Positions 1 to 9,509 of a stretch of 64,000 bases of DNA are shown here, piece by piece. Under the pieces are notes generated by a model. The model searched no databases. It worked only from the letters and a program-made list of their open reading frames with translations, and was not told the DNA's origin. Numbering within the stretch: the first letter of the stretch is position 1; the number at the start of each line of letters is the position of its first letter. Source of the stretch: an uncultured Bacilli bacterium (GTDB lineage: Bacteria > Bacillota_I > Bacilli_A > RF39 > UBA660); assembly GCA_944363735.1 (NCBI GenBank), contig CALVVB010000063.1:11296-75295 (forward strand). Reading direction: 5' to 3'. The position numbers were made by a program, and so were the translations under genes.

Positions 1-1086
1 AATATCACGAGCAAGAGTTAAGGGATTACATGAAACATAGATAATATTTTTTACTTTTAATGATAAGAGAAAGTCTATTAACTCTTTAGAAATACCACTT
101 CTTGGAGGATCTAAAATAATAGTATCAGGAATATAATCAAGTTTATTAATAACTTTACTGACATCGCCTAAATAAAACTCTGTATTAGTAATATTATTTA
201 ACTTAGCATTATTTTTTGCATCCCTCACTGCATCTTCTACTACTTCAACACCAATTACTTTTTTAGCATAGTCACTTACCAATAAACTAATTGTACCTGT
301 ACCACAGTATAAATCATAGATAATATTACAATTTAGTTCTTTAACTAAATTAATAACTTCTTTATAAATTAAACTAATACCCTCTTTATTTACTTGAAAG
401 AAAGAGGCTTTTCTTACCATAAACTTTTTAGATAGAACATCTATCATTAAAGATGGAACACCACTGATTAGTTCATTGTTATAGTATAGGGAACTAACAG
501 TTGATGAGAAGAACTCTTTAATTGATTCTTTATCTTCCTTACCTTCTAATATTAACATAAGTTTACCATCTAAAGATTTAATAATCGCTTTAGTTAATTT
601 TTTATGTACCTTAATAAAAGAATTTAAAGAGGCGGTTAGAGTTATAATATCACTATCTAATAAATTACATTTATCTATAGGAATTAAATTATTAGTCTCT
701 TCTTCATAATAACCTAACTTATCTTCCTTAATATGAAAAGTTACTTTATTACGATAGTTATAACATTTAGTAGGAATTATCTCTAAAGAGTCTAAATTAT
801 AATTTGTATATTTAGAGAAAATATTCTTAACAGTATTCTTTTTAAATTCTAACTGTTCATCATAAGTTAAATGTCCTATCTGACAACCTCCACAATCATT
901 ATAATAAGGACAATACTTTACTTTAAGGAGATCATATCTTTTGCCTATAGAATAGTTTTTCTTATCTTTTACTAATTTAATAGAAACTTCTTCACCTAGT
1001 TTTACTTTAGGTATAAATATTACTTTATTATCAACTTTGGCAATACCTCTACCTTGATGGTCATAATCAATTATTTTAACTAACAT
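1..1086 (-). CDS. 23S rRNA (uracil-5-)-methyltransferase, RumA/RlmCD family (3' end runs off the window)
   Basis: Own translation: starts MLVKIIDYDHQGRGIAKV (TRAM-like N-terminus). Has the Cys cluster CPYYNDCGGCQ, SAM motif DLYCGTGTIS and DPPRS. This ORF is not in the supplied track because it is truncated. Confidence 0.8.
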   Translation of the reverse strand, partial: MLVKIIDYDHQGRGIAKVDNKVIFIPKVKLGEEVSIKLVKDKKNYSIGKRYDLLKVKYCPYYNDCGGCQIGHLTYDEQLEFKKNTVKNIFSKYTNYNLDSLEIIPTKCYNYRNKVTFHIKEDKLGYYEEETNNLIPIDKCNLLDSDIITLTASLNSFIKVHKKLTKAIIKSLDGKLMLILEGKEDKESIKEFFSSTVSSLYYNNELISGVPSLMIDVLSKKFMVRKASFFQVNKEGISLIYKEVINLVKELNCNIIYDLYCGTGTISLLVSDYAKKVIGVEVVEDAVRDAKNNAKLNNITNTEFYLGDVSKVINKLDYIPDTIILDPPRSGISKELIDFLLSLKVKNIIYVSCNPLTLARDI

Positions 1087-1207
1087 AAACTTCACCTACT
1101 AATAGATTACTACAAAATTTATGAATGGAAAAGTTTTATTTATTTAGTGTCGCTTGACATTTTAAGTACCAAGTTATATTATAAAAAAACAAAAAGGAGA
1201 AATAATT

Positions 1208-1588
1208 ATGTTTGAAAGAAATGATATTAATGATTTATTTTTAGCAAGTATTAGTGTTAAATATCCAGATAGCGAAATGTTAACTGATAATTTCGGCGGT
1301 ATTTTAAAAGTAAGAATAGGAGGATACGGATATACAACAATTTTAAAAAGAGAAGAAGAAAAATATATCGATTTAAATAATCCTAAAGTAGAAATAACTA
1401 CTACTAGAGATCCATTTAAAACTAGTTATACAATAGATTATATGGAACCATTAAGTAAATATTATACTAATGATGGAAAAAGAAAACAAATTTTTAGTAA
1501 TAGACAAGCGATAAAAATGGCAGAAACATATTATGATGAATTTTATAAAGATGAAAAAGAAGCACAGAAAGTAAGAGTTTATAAATAA
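1208..1588 (+). CDS. hypothetical protein
   Basis: 126-aa ORF with RBS aaaggaga upstream and a weak hairpin plus T7 downstream. I recognise no motif. Confidence 0.5.
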   Translation: MFERNDINDLFLASISVKYPDSEMLTDNFGGILKVRIGGYGYTTILKREEEKYIDLNNPKVEITTTRDPFKTSYTIDYMEPLSKYYTNDGKRKQIFSNRQAIKMAETYYDEFYKDEKEAQKVRVYK

Positions 1589-1740
1589 TTGAGGTTAAAT
1601 GCCTCTTTTTTTGTTTTAATAATATTATTTATTTTGGTAATACTAGAAATAAAATATAATGTTTATATAAGAGATTTTTAAATATAAAAAACTTGATTTT
1701 CACCAGTTTTTATCATATAATGATAAAAAGAGGTGAAAAT

Positions 1741-2331
1741 ATGATAATAACAAGTGATATAGCAAAACAATATTTAGCAAAATATTCTAATAAAAATACT
1801 AGATTATCTAGAGATGTTAGAGATGGAAAACTAATCAAGATAAGAAATGGTTTATATGAAACTGAGGCAAATACTCCTTCATATTTACTAGCTGGAAGTA
1901 TTTATGGTCCATCATACATATCTTTTGAATATGCACTTTCCTATTATGGATTAATTCCAGAAAGAGTAAGTACTATAACTTGTGCTACTTTTAATAAGAA
2001 AAAGAAAAAAAAATATGATACTCCATTTGGTACATTTACTTATAGAGATGTTCCATCATTAGTATATCCAGAAGAAATACTTTTAAAAGAAGAAAATAAT
2101 TATTCATATCAAATAGCAACTCCTGAAAAAGCTTTATGCGATAAATTATATACATTAAAATCATTAAAAAATTATTCTAATTTAGAAAAGATGTTATTTG
2201 AAGATTTACGAATAGATATAGAAGAGTTTAAAACCTTAAACACTGAAAAAATAGAAAAACTAAGTAATTTATATCATTCAAGAAATATAGTATTACTTGC
2301 TAAATATAAAAGGAGGAAAAATGATGAATAA
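1741..2331 (+). CDS. AbiEi-family antitoxin (type IV TA/abortive infection)
   Basis: Start trimmed to MIITSD behind RBS aagaggtg. RNGLYE ... PSYISFEYALSYYGLIPERV is typical of AbiEi_4 proteins. The gene overlaps the downstream toxin gene. Confidence 0.75.
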   Translation: MIITSDIAKQYLAKYSNKNTRLSRDVRDGKLIKIRNGLYETEANTPSYLLAGSIYGPSYISFEYALSYYGLIPERVSTITCATFNKKKKKKYDTPFGTFTYRDVPSLVYPEEILLKEENNYSYQIATPEKALCDKLYTLKSLKNYSNLEKMLFEDLRIDIEEFKTLNTEKIEKLSNLYHSRNIVLLAKYKRRKNDE

Positions 2332-3184
2332 TATAATAGAACAAATGCTTTCAAAATATGAAATAAAAAATGTTACTGATGAAATAAATGCTTTAAAAGA
2401 AATTATTCAAGAAATAGTATTATTAGGATTATCTAGGAGTGGATTTTTTGATAAGGCAGCATTTTATGGAGGAACTGCTTTAAGAATTTTTTATAAGTTA
2501 GATAGATTTTCAGAAGATTTAGATTTTGCCCTAATCTCCCCTAATAAAGATTTTGATTTAAGTAAATATTTTAGTTATATAGAAAAAGAACTTAAAGCCT
2601 ATGGATTAAATATGGAAGTTAATACTAAACAAAAAAGTATATCTTCTAATATAACTTCAGCCTTTGTAAAAGGTGATACATTAGAACATATCTTAAAATT
2701 TTTTCCTAATGAAGAAAGCCATAATTATGATCATATCTTAAAAAAAATTAAAATAAAATTCGAAGTTGATATTAACCCACCAGACAGTGCTACTTATGAA
2801 GACGTGTATAAATTACTACCAAGTCCACATCAAATTAAACTATATGATAAAGAATCTTTATTTGCTAGTAAAATTCATGCTATTCTATGTAGGAACTGGA
2901 AAACAAGAACTAAAGGAAGAGATTTATACGACTATATATTTTTTCTAGCTAATAATACAAGTGTTAATTTAAAACTTTTAAAGAATAAATTAATTGCATC
3001 AAATTATATAGATGCTAATAGTAAATTTGATATAAATATACTAAAAGAATTATTAATTAAGAAATTTGAAATAATTGATTATGAAGAAGCAAAAGAAGAT
3101 GTAATACCATTTATTAAAAATGTAGAAAGTTTAACTATGTGGAATAGAGATTTTTTTATCAGTATTACTGAAAAACTTAATTAA
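2321..3184 (+). CDS. AbiEii/AbiGii-family nucleotidyltransferase toxin
   Basis: FYGGTALRIFYKLDRFSEDLDF is the signature NTase motif. RBS aaaggagga precedes ATGATG. The gene is translationally coupled to AbiEi. Confidence 0.8.
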   Translation: MMNNIIEQMLSKYEIKNVTDEINALKEIIQEIVLLGLSRSGFFDKAAFYGGTALRIFYKLDRFSEDLDFALISPNKDFDLSKYFSYIEKELKAYGLNMEVNTKQKSISSNITSAFVKGDTLEHILKFFPNEESHNYDHILKKIKIKFEVDINPPDSATYEDVYKLLPSPHQIKLYDKESLFASKIHAILCRNWKTRTKGRDLYDYIFFLANNTSVNLKLLKNKLIASNYIDANSKFDINILKELLIKKFEIIDYEEAKEDVIPFIKNVESLTMWNRDFFISITEKLN

Positions 3185-3198
3185 GTAAAATTTCATGG

Positions 3199-3231
3199 AG
3201 AAGAACAGATTAAAAGTTCTTCTTTTATTTT
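3199..3231 (+). terminator. intrinsic terminator after AbiEii
   Basis: Hairpin agaagaac/gttcttct followed by tttatttt. Confidence 0.65.
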
Positions 3232-3279
3232 ATAAAATTTATTATTTTGGTAATACTAAAAGTGAAATGAGGTGAAGTG

Positions 3280-4707
3280 ATGCTTAGAGATGAGATTAAA
3301 AAAGCTTTTGGAAGCTCCACTGATTTAATTATTAGACCTTTTATTATCGATAATAGAGAAATTACTTTAGTCATGAGTGAAGTTTTAGGTAGTTCAAGTT
3401 ATGTTAATGATTTTATTTTAAGACGTCTTTTAACTATCAAGTTCCAAAGTGATGATATAGGAAGTGAACTTCTTAACTTTATTCCTACTAATAATGGTAA
3501 AATACTAAATAAATTAAGTGATATGACTGATTATATTTGTATGGGCTTCGCTCTTATTCTTTTTAGTGATAATGAATCTGAAAAAGCTATTGCAATTGAA
3601 GCTCGTGCTAGTGTTGATAGAGGAATTGGAGAAGTCAATAATGAAGCTAGTATAACGGGAAGTAAAGATGCTTTTAATGAGAATTTTAATACTAATGTTG
3701 GGCTTATTAGAAGAAGAATAAGAACTAGCGATTTATATGTAGATGGTATGTTTATAGGTAAATCTAGCAAGACTAAAATTGGTATTTTATATATGAATAA
3801 TATTGTTATTAAAGAAAATGTTGATAATATAAAAAATAAACTAAAAAAGATTAATATTGATGGCATAATTGATTCAGGTAATTTAAAGAGTTATTTAGAC
3901 AGTAAGACTAACTTTTTCTTTCCCACAATTACATCAACAGAACGTCCTGATAAAGTCGCACAATCCCTACTTGAAGGTAAGATTGCTATCGTCTCTGATA
4001 ACTCTCCTCTTGTTCTAATTACCCCTACTTTCTTTGTAGATTACCTACATACTAGTGATGATTATTATGAAAAAGCAATTAATACTTCTTTTATTAGAAT
4101 AATAAGATTTCTTGCCTTTTTAATCGCTATATTTACACCTGCTTTATACATTGCTTTAACTACTCATAATCAAGATATATTACCTCTATCATTATTCCTA
4201 AATTTTATGGAACAAAGAGAGTCAGTCCCTTTTTCTGCTTTAATAGAAGCTTTGTTTATGAGTATATCATTTGAAATATTAAGAGAAAGTGATATTAGAA
4301 AACCTGCTAGTATGGGTACATCTGTCTCTATTTTAGGGGGACTAATTCTAGGAGATGCCGCAGTTTCAGCAGGTATTATCTCTCCTATTATGATAATTGT
4401 AATATCTATATCTGCAATCTCTGGTCTTGCATTTTCATCAGTTGAAATGATTTATGCTTTAAGATGGTGGAGATTTATTATGTTATTCCTTGCTATGTTC
4501 TTTGGTATATTTGGTATCTTTGTAGGATTTATTATCTTACTTGCCTCCCTAGTCACAACATCATCACAATCTCTACCATATCTTGCACCTTTCTCTCCAT
4601 TTATTAAAGGAGAAATAAAAGACACTATTATTAAAGGAAACCACAAAAAGATAAGGTTTAGAAATCCATTACTTACTAAAAATAAAATAAGGGAGAAATC
4701 AGAATGA
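3280..4707 (+). CDS. spore germination protein, GerA(A) family
   Basis: SVDRGIGEV...GSKDAFNENFNTNVGLIRRRIR plus a C-terminal multi-TM region match the GerAA/KA family pattern. Confidence 0.85.
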   Translation: MLRDEIKKAFGSSTDLIIRPFIIDNREITLVMSEVLGSSSYVNDFILRRLLTIKFQSDDIGSELLNFIPTNNGKILNKLSDMTDYICMGFALILFSDNESEKAIAIEARASVDRGIGEVNNEASITGSKDAFNENFNTNVGLIRRRIRTSDLYVDGMFIGKSSKTKIGILYMNNIVIKENVDNIKNKLKKINIDGIIDSGNLKSYLDSKTNFFFPTITSTERPDKVAQSLLEGKIAIVSDNSPLVLITPTFFVDYLHTSDDYYEKAINTSFIRIIRFLAFLIAIFTPALYIALTTHNQDILPLSLFLNFMEQRESVPFSALIEALFMSISFEILRESDIRKPASMGTSVSILGGLILGDAAVSAGIISPIMIIVISISAISGLAFSSVEMIYALRWWRFIMLFLAMFFGIFGIFVGFIILLASLVTTSSQSLPYLAPFSPFIKGEIKDTIIKGNHKKIRFRNPLLTKNKIREKSE

Positions 4708-5666
4708 AAAAGATTATTATAGGCTTAATAATACTATTACTATTTTTAGGTTATACTCCATATCATGAATTAAATAACCTAGCTGTTGTTGATACTATTG
4801 GAATAGATTTTTCTAATAATAAATACTATCTTTATTTAAACGTCATTAATGATGACAATAAAGTCTATACTGTTACAGGTAATAGTTTAGGTGAAGTATT
4901 CTTAAAAGCTAGAAATATAGATAATAAAAAAACTTATTACAAACATCTTGAAGTAGTTGTTTTTAATACTAATACTTTAGATAATACTACTATTAACTTC
5001 TTTAAAGATGAATTTACATCTATTGATTATCTAGTATTTGCTACTGAAGATAAAATTAGTGATTTATTCAAAAATTATCACAAAAGAAGAGATTATAAAA
5101 ACTTTATAAGGAAAGAAAAAGAAATGAGCGGTTCTATTATTAATACCACTTTCAAAGAAGTTTTAAGTAGTAATTCAGATAATATAAAAGATGCAGCCAT
5201 TCCTCTAATTAGTTATAAAGATAATATTATAAGTAAAGGAATTTTTATACCAAGTAAAAACATTTATTTGGATAAAGAAATAGCAAGAGCAAGTTATTTA
5301 CTAAATGATAAAATAAATACTTATAATACTAATATTATAGTAGATAATAAAAGTTATGAAGTAGTACTATATGATTTAAAAGCTAATACTAAATATAAAG
5401 ATAATACTATTAATATAAAGATATCCGGTAATATCGATTCTCCTGATAGTAATGACTTAATAACACAAAAAAAGAAAGTTACTAATATATTGAAGGATAA
5501 TATAAAAGAGTTAATAAATAGTGAAAAGAATAATAATTATAATATCTCTAATACAATAAATCATATTTATTTAAATAAAAGAGAACTTAATTATACTACT
5601 TATAAGAATACTAATATTAAAATAGATATTGATCTATCAGAAAAGGAGAAAAACAATTATGACTAA
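4704..5666 (+). CDS. Ger(x)C-family germination protein (no lipobox Cys)
   Basis: Coupled by a 4-nt overlap to the GerAA gene. N-terminal signal-like segment followed by ELNNLAVVDTIGIDF, the typical GerxC start. There is no Cys in the signal region. Confidence 0.65.
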   Translation: MKKIIIGLIILLLFLGYTPYHELNNLAVVDTIGIDFSNNKYYLYLNVINDDNKVYTVTGNSLGEVFLKARNIDNKKTYYKHLEVVVFNTNTLDNTTINFFKDEFTSIDYLVFATEDKISDLFKNYHKRRDYKNFIRKEKEMSGSIINTTFKEVLSSNSDNIKDAAIPLISYKDNIISKGIFIPSKNIYLDKEIARASYLLNDKINTYNTNIIVDNKSYEVVLYDLKANTKYKDNTINIKISGNIDSPDSNDLITQKKKVTNILKDNIKELINSEKNNNYNISNTINHIYLNKRELNYTTYKNTNIKIDIDLSEKEKNNYD

Positions 5667-6531
5667 TAAAAAAATAGGACTATTACAACTTTCTAGCTTA
5701 ACATTTTTTCTTTCTATATCTAGTTTCCCTTTATTTATAGAAAAAATTATTAAAATCAGTAAAAGTGATACTCTAATCAGTATTATTATTGGTTCTCTTT
5801 TAACTTTAATTATATTTAAAGTAATTCTAGTTTTAAGAAAAAAAATAAAACCTAAAAATAGATATATAAAAACAATTATATCTTTACTATTATCTCCTAT
5901 ATTTATATATTTACTAATAGAAACTACTAATTTTATCAAAAATTCATATTTGAGTAGTGGTAATTTTTTTAGTATTATTATTCTTTTACTTTTAATGTGC
6001 TTAACTATATCTTTAAAAAGCTATAAAGAAATAACTAGTCTTTCATTAATACTTTTATTTATCTTTATTCCTTTATTTGCTATTAATATCATCGGTGGTA
6101 CTTTTAGTCTAGATTTAACATATTTAAAAGTTCCTTTCACTAATAATGTTATTGATATAATTAAAGGAGGTATTTTATTTTTTATTTATGAAATAATTCC
6201 TTTATTATTACTCTTATTTATACCATATAAGGAAATAGATAATAGAAAAAAACAAGATAAGTATTTATATCTTGCTCTAATATTTGGTATTTTAATAGTA
6301 ATGATAGAGTATCTAATTCTATCATTATCAACTAGCATAAATGTATTAACAACTTATAATTATCCTTTTATGTTGATTATTAATAGTTTATCTAGTACTT
6401 TTATTTTAGGTAGACTTAATTATCTAATAAGTTTCTATTTATTATTCTCACCATTACTTTCTCTTTCTTTAATTATCTGTATTGTTAAGCAGTTATGGTC
6501 TGACAAGTATAACCCAAAGACTCTAAATTAG
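5659..6531 (+). CDS. GerAB-like germination permease (short)
   Basis: Polytopic membrane protein that follows the GerAA and GerxC genes. Start trimmed to MTNKKIG behind RBS aaaggaga. Confidence 0.6.
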   Translation: MTNKKIGLLQLSSLTFFLSISSFPLFIEKIIKISKSDTLISIIIGSLLTLIIFKVILVLRKKIKPKNRYIKTIISLLLSPIFIYLLIETTNFIKNSYLSSGNFFSIIILLLLMCLTISLKSYKEITSLSLILLFIFIPLFAINIIGGTFSLDLTYLKVPFTNNVIDIIKGGILFFIYEIIPLLLLLFIPYKEIDNRKKQDKYLYLALIFGILIVMIEYLILSLSTSINVLTTYNYPFMLIINSLSSTFILGRLNYLISFYLLFSPLLSLSLIICIVKQLWSDKYNPKTLN

Positions 6532-6997
6532 TCTTTTGACTTTCTAATGGCTGAAAATAAGTATCTAAACTAGTAATGGTAGGATTTGATTCTTTTCTTT
6601 CTTTAGTTAAAACAAAAGAAGTTTTAGTATCAGTAGTTGTCTCCTCTAATAAGCCTGTATTTCTTAAATTATTCATTTCAGCTAAAACAGGATTATCTAC
6701 AATAGTAGAATCAAATACTTCTGGCAGTTCATAAGTAAATGTTACTTTATTTAAAACATTATTACCATAATTACTAGTAATTGTAACGTTATAAATCATT
6801 GTCCCAACTGGAACTTCTCTACGACATGTCAATGCTGTCGCACTAGTTAAATTATTAGTACTTGTATTGGTTTTATTAGAAGTATTATCAGGAAGAAATA
6901 CTCTCAATAGTGGTGGAATAACAATTAAAATAATAAAAATAACAATTAAAAGATATACAAAAATATTAGTAAAAGAACTTTCTTTTTTTTCTTTCAT
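6485..6997 (-). CDS. membrane-anchored hypothetical protein
   Basis: N-terminal TM segment followed by a Thr/Asn-rich linker. Its 3' end overlaps the gerAB-like 3' end by 47 nt in convergent orientation. Confidence 0.5.
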   Translation of the reverse strand: MKEKKESSFTNIFVYLLIVIFIILIVIPPLLRVFLPDNTSNKTNTSTNNLTSATALTCRREVPVGTMIYNVTITSNYGNNVLNKVTFTYELPEVFDSTIVDNPVLAEMNNLRNTGLLEETTTDTKTSFVLTKERKESNPTITSLDTYFQPLESQKTNLESLGYTCQTITA

Positions 6998-7410
6998 TAC
7001 TCTTCCCCTCTTTCATTATCTAATTTTTCCTTTTTTTTAATATTAATAATAAATTTACTAATATAATAGATTAAGAATGCTAGAGGAAAAGCTGGAAATA
7101 CCATAAAGAAATAATATAATACTTTATTTTCTTCTATAGCATTTAACTCTCTTACATTCTGTGTAAAAGCTAGTGCAAAACCAATCGATACAGAAAGAAG
7201 AATCGCTGTAAGTATTATTCCCATAACATTACTCCAATAATTAATAACAAAGTTAGTTCTATCTTCATTCTTCTTTTTATTAAAATATGCATATATTTTT
7301 GTACCCATAAAGAATAAAATAATTATTATTAATAAAGGAATAATTACATAATATAATAAAATCCTAAAATTCTCTTCACTATAAACTGTCTGTGTCATAG
7401 ATCTCACCAC
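6997..7410 (-). CDS. integral membrane protein, unknown function
   Basis: About 4 predicted TM segments. Its stop is adjacent to the start of the downstream ORF. Confidence 0.5.
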   Translation of the reverse strand: MVRSMTQTVYSEENFRILLYYVIIPLLIIIILFFMGTKIYAYFNKKKNEDRTNFVINYWSNVMGIILTAILLSVSIGFALAFTQNVRELNAIEENKVLYYFFMVFPAFPLAFLIYYISKFIINIKKKEKLDNERGEE

Positions 7411-7480
7411 CTATTATAATAATAACATAGTCTTAACTTCTCTTCAACTTAAAAGTAACTATTTTTATCAATCAAAATAG

Positions 7481-7945
7481 TTATTTTTCTTTATTATCTG
7501 TTTCAAACTCTAACAAAAAAATTTTCTTATCTATATCAGAAACATAAATTCCAATACCATCATCATCTACTACTCTATGACAGGGAATCAAAATAGGACA
7601 AGGATTTTCTTTTAAGATATTAATAATAGGACTAATAACTTCCTCATTTCCAAGTTCTTTAGCAATCATTCTATATGTTATTACTTCACCATATGGTATA
7701 TGGCTAACTATTTCTAAAATTCTTGCTTCTAGCCCTGATATTAAATAATTATAAAATGAAAATGAAGTTAGTTCTCCTTTAAAATATAAATCCAATTCTT
7801 GTTTAACCATAATACTTAATCTGTTTTCTCTTTCTTCTTCTGTTTGTTCATCAATAAAAGTTAGTGATAAAACGTCATAAAAACTAGTATTAATTCTAAT
7901 TATTCCAATAGGACTTTTATAAAAAGAAAGGTAACTAACATGCAT
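7481..7945 (-). CDS. ogt: methylated-DNA--protein-cysteine methyltransferase
   Basis: IPCHRVV active-site motif and the PYGEVITY helix region. Confidence 0.85.
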   Translation of the reverse strand: MHVSYLSFYKSPIGIIRINTSFYDVLSLTFIDEQTEEERENRLSIMVKQELDLYFKGELTSFSFYNYLISGLEARILEIVSHIPYGEVITYRMIAKELGNEEVISPIINILKENPCPILIPCHRVVDDDGIGIYVSDIDKKIFLLEFETDNKEK

Positions 7946-7958
7946 AACAAACTACTCC

Positions 7959-8531
7959 TTAAAATAATTTTACGAATAAGCTGTAAAATATTAATGTAAG
8001 AGGTTTACCTAATAATATTATAATAAGAAATTTTCTAAAGGTCAAATTACTAATACCTGCTATATAACATAACAAATCATCTGGTGCCCCAGGTAATAAA
8101 ATCCCCCAAAAGAAAACTGTTTCAAATTTTTTTGTTCTAATATATTTTAAATATTTATTAATAGTTTCTTCTTTAAATAATTTTTTTATAAGAGGAAGGC
8201 CAAAGTTTCTACTTAACATATATGCAAATACACTTCCTAAAGTTAAACCAATATAATTATAAATGAACCCTTCTATAGGTCCAAAAGCAAGTGTCCCTGC
8301 TAAACATGAAGCCCCACCTGGTATTACTGGAAATACTACTTGGACTATTTGAATAAATAAAAAGATTATAGGTCCAATTATTCCATAGGATTTTATTCTA
8401 TCAACTAAGAGTTCAGGACTAGTTAAAAGATTCATCTTAACAGCATATATGATAAAAGCCACTAAAAGGATAGTTACTATAACTGTTATAATTGTCATCG
8501 TTCTTTTTAATTTTGTTCCGTCTTTACCCAT
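7959..8531 (-). CDS. TVP38/TMEM64 (DedA-related) membrane protein
   Basis: The pattern FPVIPGG...LAG..FG ... PGAPDDLLCYIAG is typical of the family. Confidence 0.7.
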   Translation of the reverse strand: MGKDGTKLKRTMTIITVIVTILLVAFIIYAVKMNLLTSPELLVDRIKSYGIIGPIIFLFIQIVQVVFPVIPGGASCLAGTLAFGPIEGFIYNYIGLTLGSVFAYMLSRNFGLPLIKKLFKEETINKYLKYIRTKKFETVFFWGILLPGAPDDLLCYIAGISNLTFRKFLIIILLGKPLTLIFYSLFVKLF

Positions 8532-8597
8532 AATTATTCCTCCAACTATTTATACTACATTTATTATTGTAACCTAAACTTTCATTAATTACTACTA

Positions 8598-9509
8598 TTA
8601 TTCTTTCTCATCAGTGTTTATTGCTATTTTAGCAAGTTTAATAGCTGTATCTAAATCACTTGCTGTTACTAAAAATCTATTAGCATGACAAAATAATGAT
8701 CCTTCTACTCCTGTTTCATTTTCTAAATCACTATTAGTAAGTCCACCCCAAGACTTTGGAAAGTAAACTCTACTAGTTTTATCTGTCGTACTAATAGGAA
8801 TTGTTTTAATACCAAAACCTCCCCTATTAGAAGGATAAATTGCAAATTTAATTTTCTTCCCTGCAAGAGAATTTAAAACTGTCTCTTCATAAGGTAAATA
8901 TTCATCTAATATTAAAATAGATCCTTTAGTTTTATTAAGAATAGTTTTTACTTTTTTATTAGCTTCAACCTTACCTACAACATTTTTTAACTCTTCAGTT
9001 AATATAGTTTCTGCAAGTAATACCGCTTTTACAAATTGTTCATCTTCATTGTCAAAACTTCCATAACTTGGATTAAATATTTTTATAATATCACTTACTG
9101 TTTTTATTTTATATATTGACTTTATTTCAGGAAAAATACCATTATCAATAGCATCTATCGCTTCTATAAAATCTTTTACAAAATAATTATAGATTGCTTT
9201 AGTATTTTTTAATTTTAATTTTTTTAAATAATTAATTCCATACTCTTCAAAAAGAAGTCCTAATGATGAATATTTAATACCATTATCTCTTATTCTAGCA
9301 TCACTTTGATGATGATCAAATTTCCCCTTTCCAATATCATAAACAATAGTATTAGATGAAATGTTCTCAGGCACTTCACTTACTCTTGCTACTTTGAAAT
9401 TACCAAAGTAAAGAGATAGAAATGCTGTTGAAAACACTTCATCAGCATGCATAGTTCCATTATGAGTAATACCATTCGCTTCTTTTATATCTTTAACTAA
9501 AGTAATCAC
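8598..9509 (-). CDS. MYG1/UPF0160 family metal-dependent hydrolase
   Basis: N-terminal THNGTMHADEVFSTAFL and DHHQ motifs. Confidence 0.7.
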   Translation of the reverse strand: MITLVKDIKEANGITHNGTMHADEVFSTAFLSLYFGNFKVARVSEVPENISSNTIVYDIGKGKFDHHQSDARIRDNGIKYSSLGLLFEEYGINYLKKLKLKNTKAIYNYFVKDFIEAIDAIDNGIFPEIKSIYKIKTVSDIIKIFNPSYGSFDNEDEQFVKAVLLAETILTEELKNVVGKVEANKKVKTILNKTKGSILILDEYLPYEETVLNSLAGKKIKFAIYPSNRGGFGIKTIPISTTDKTSRVYFPKSWGGLTNSDLENETGVEGSLFCHANRFLVTASDLDTAIKLAKIAINTDEKE

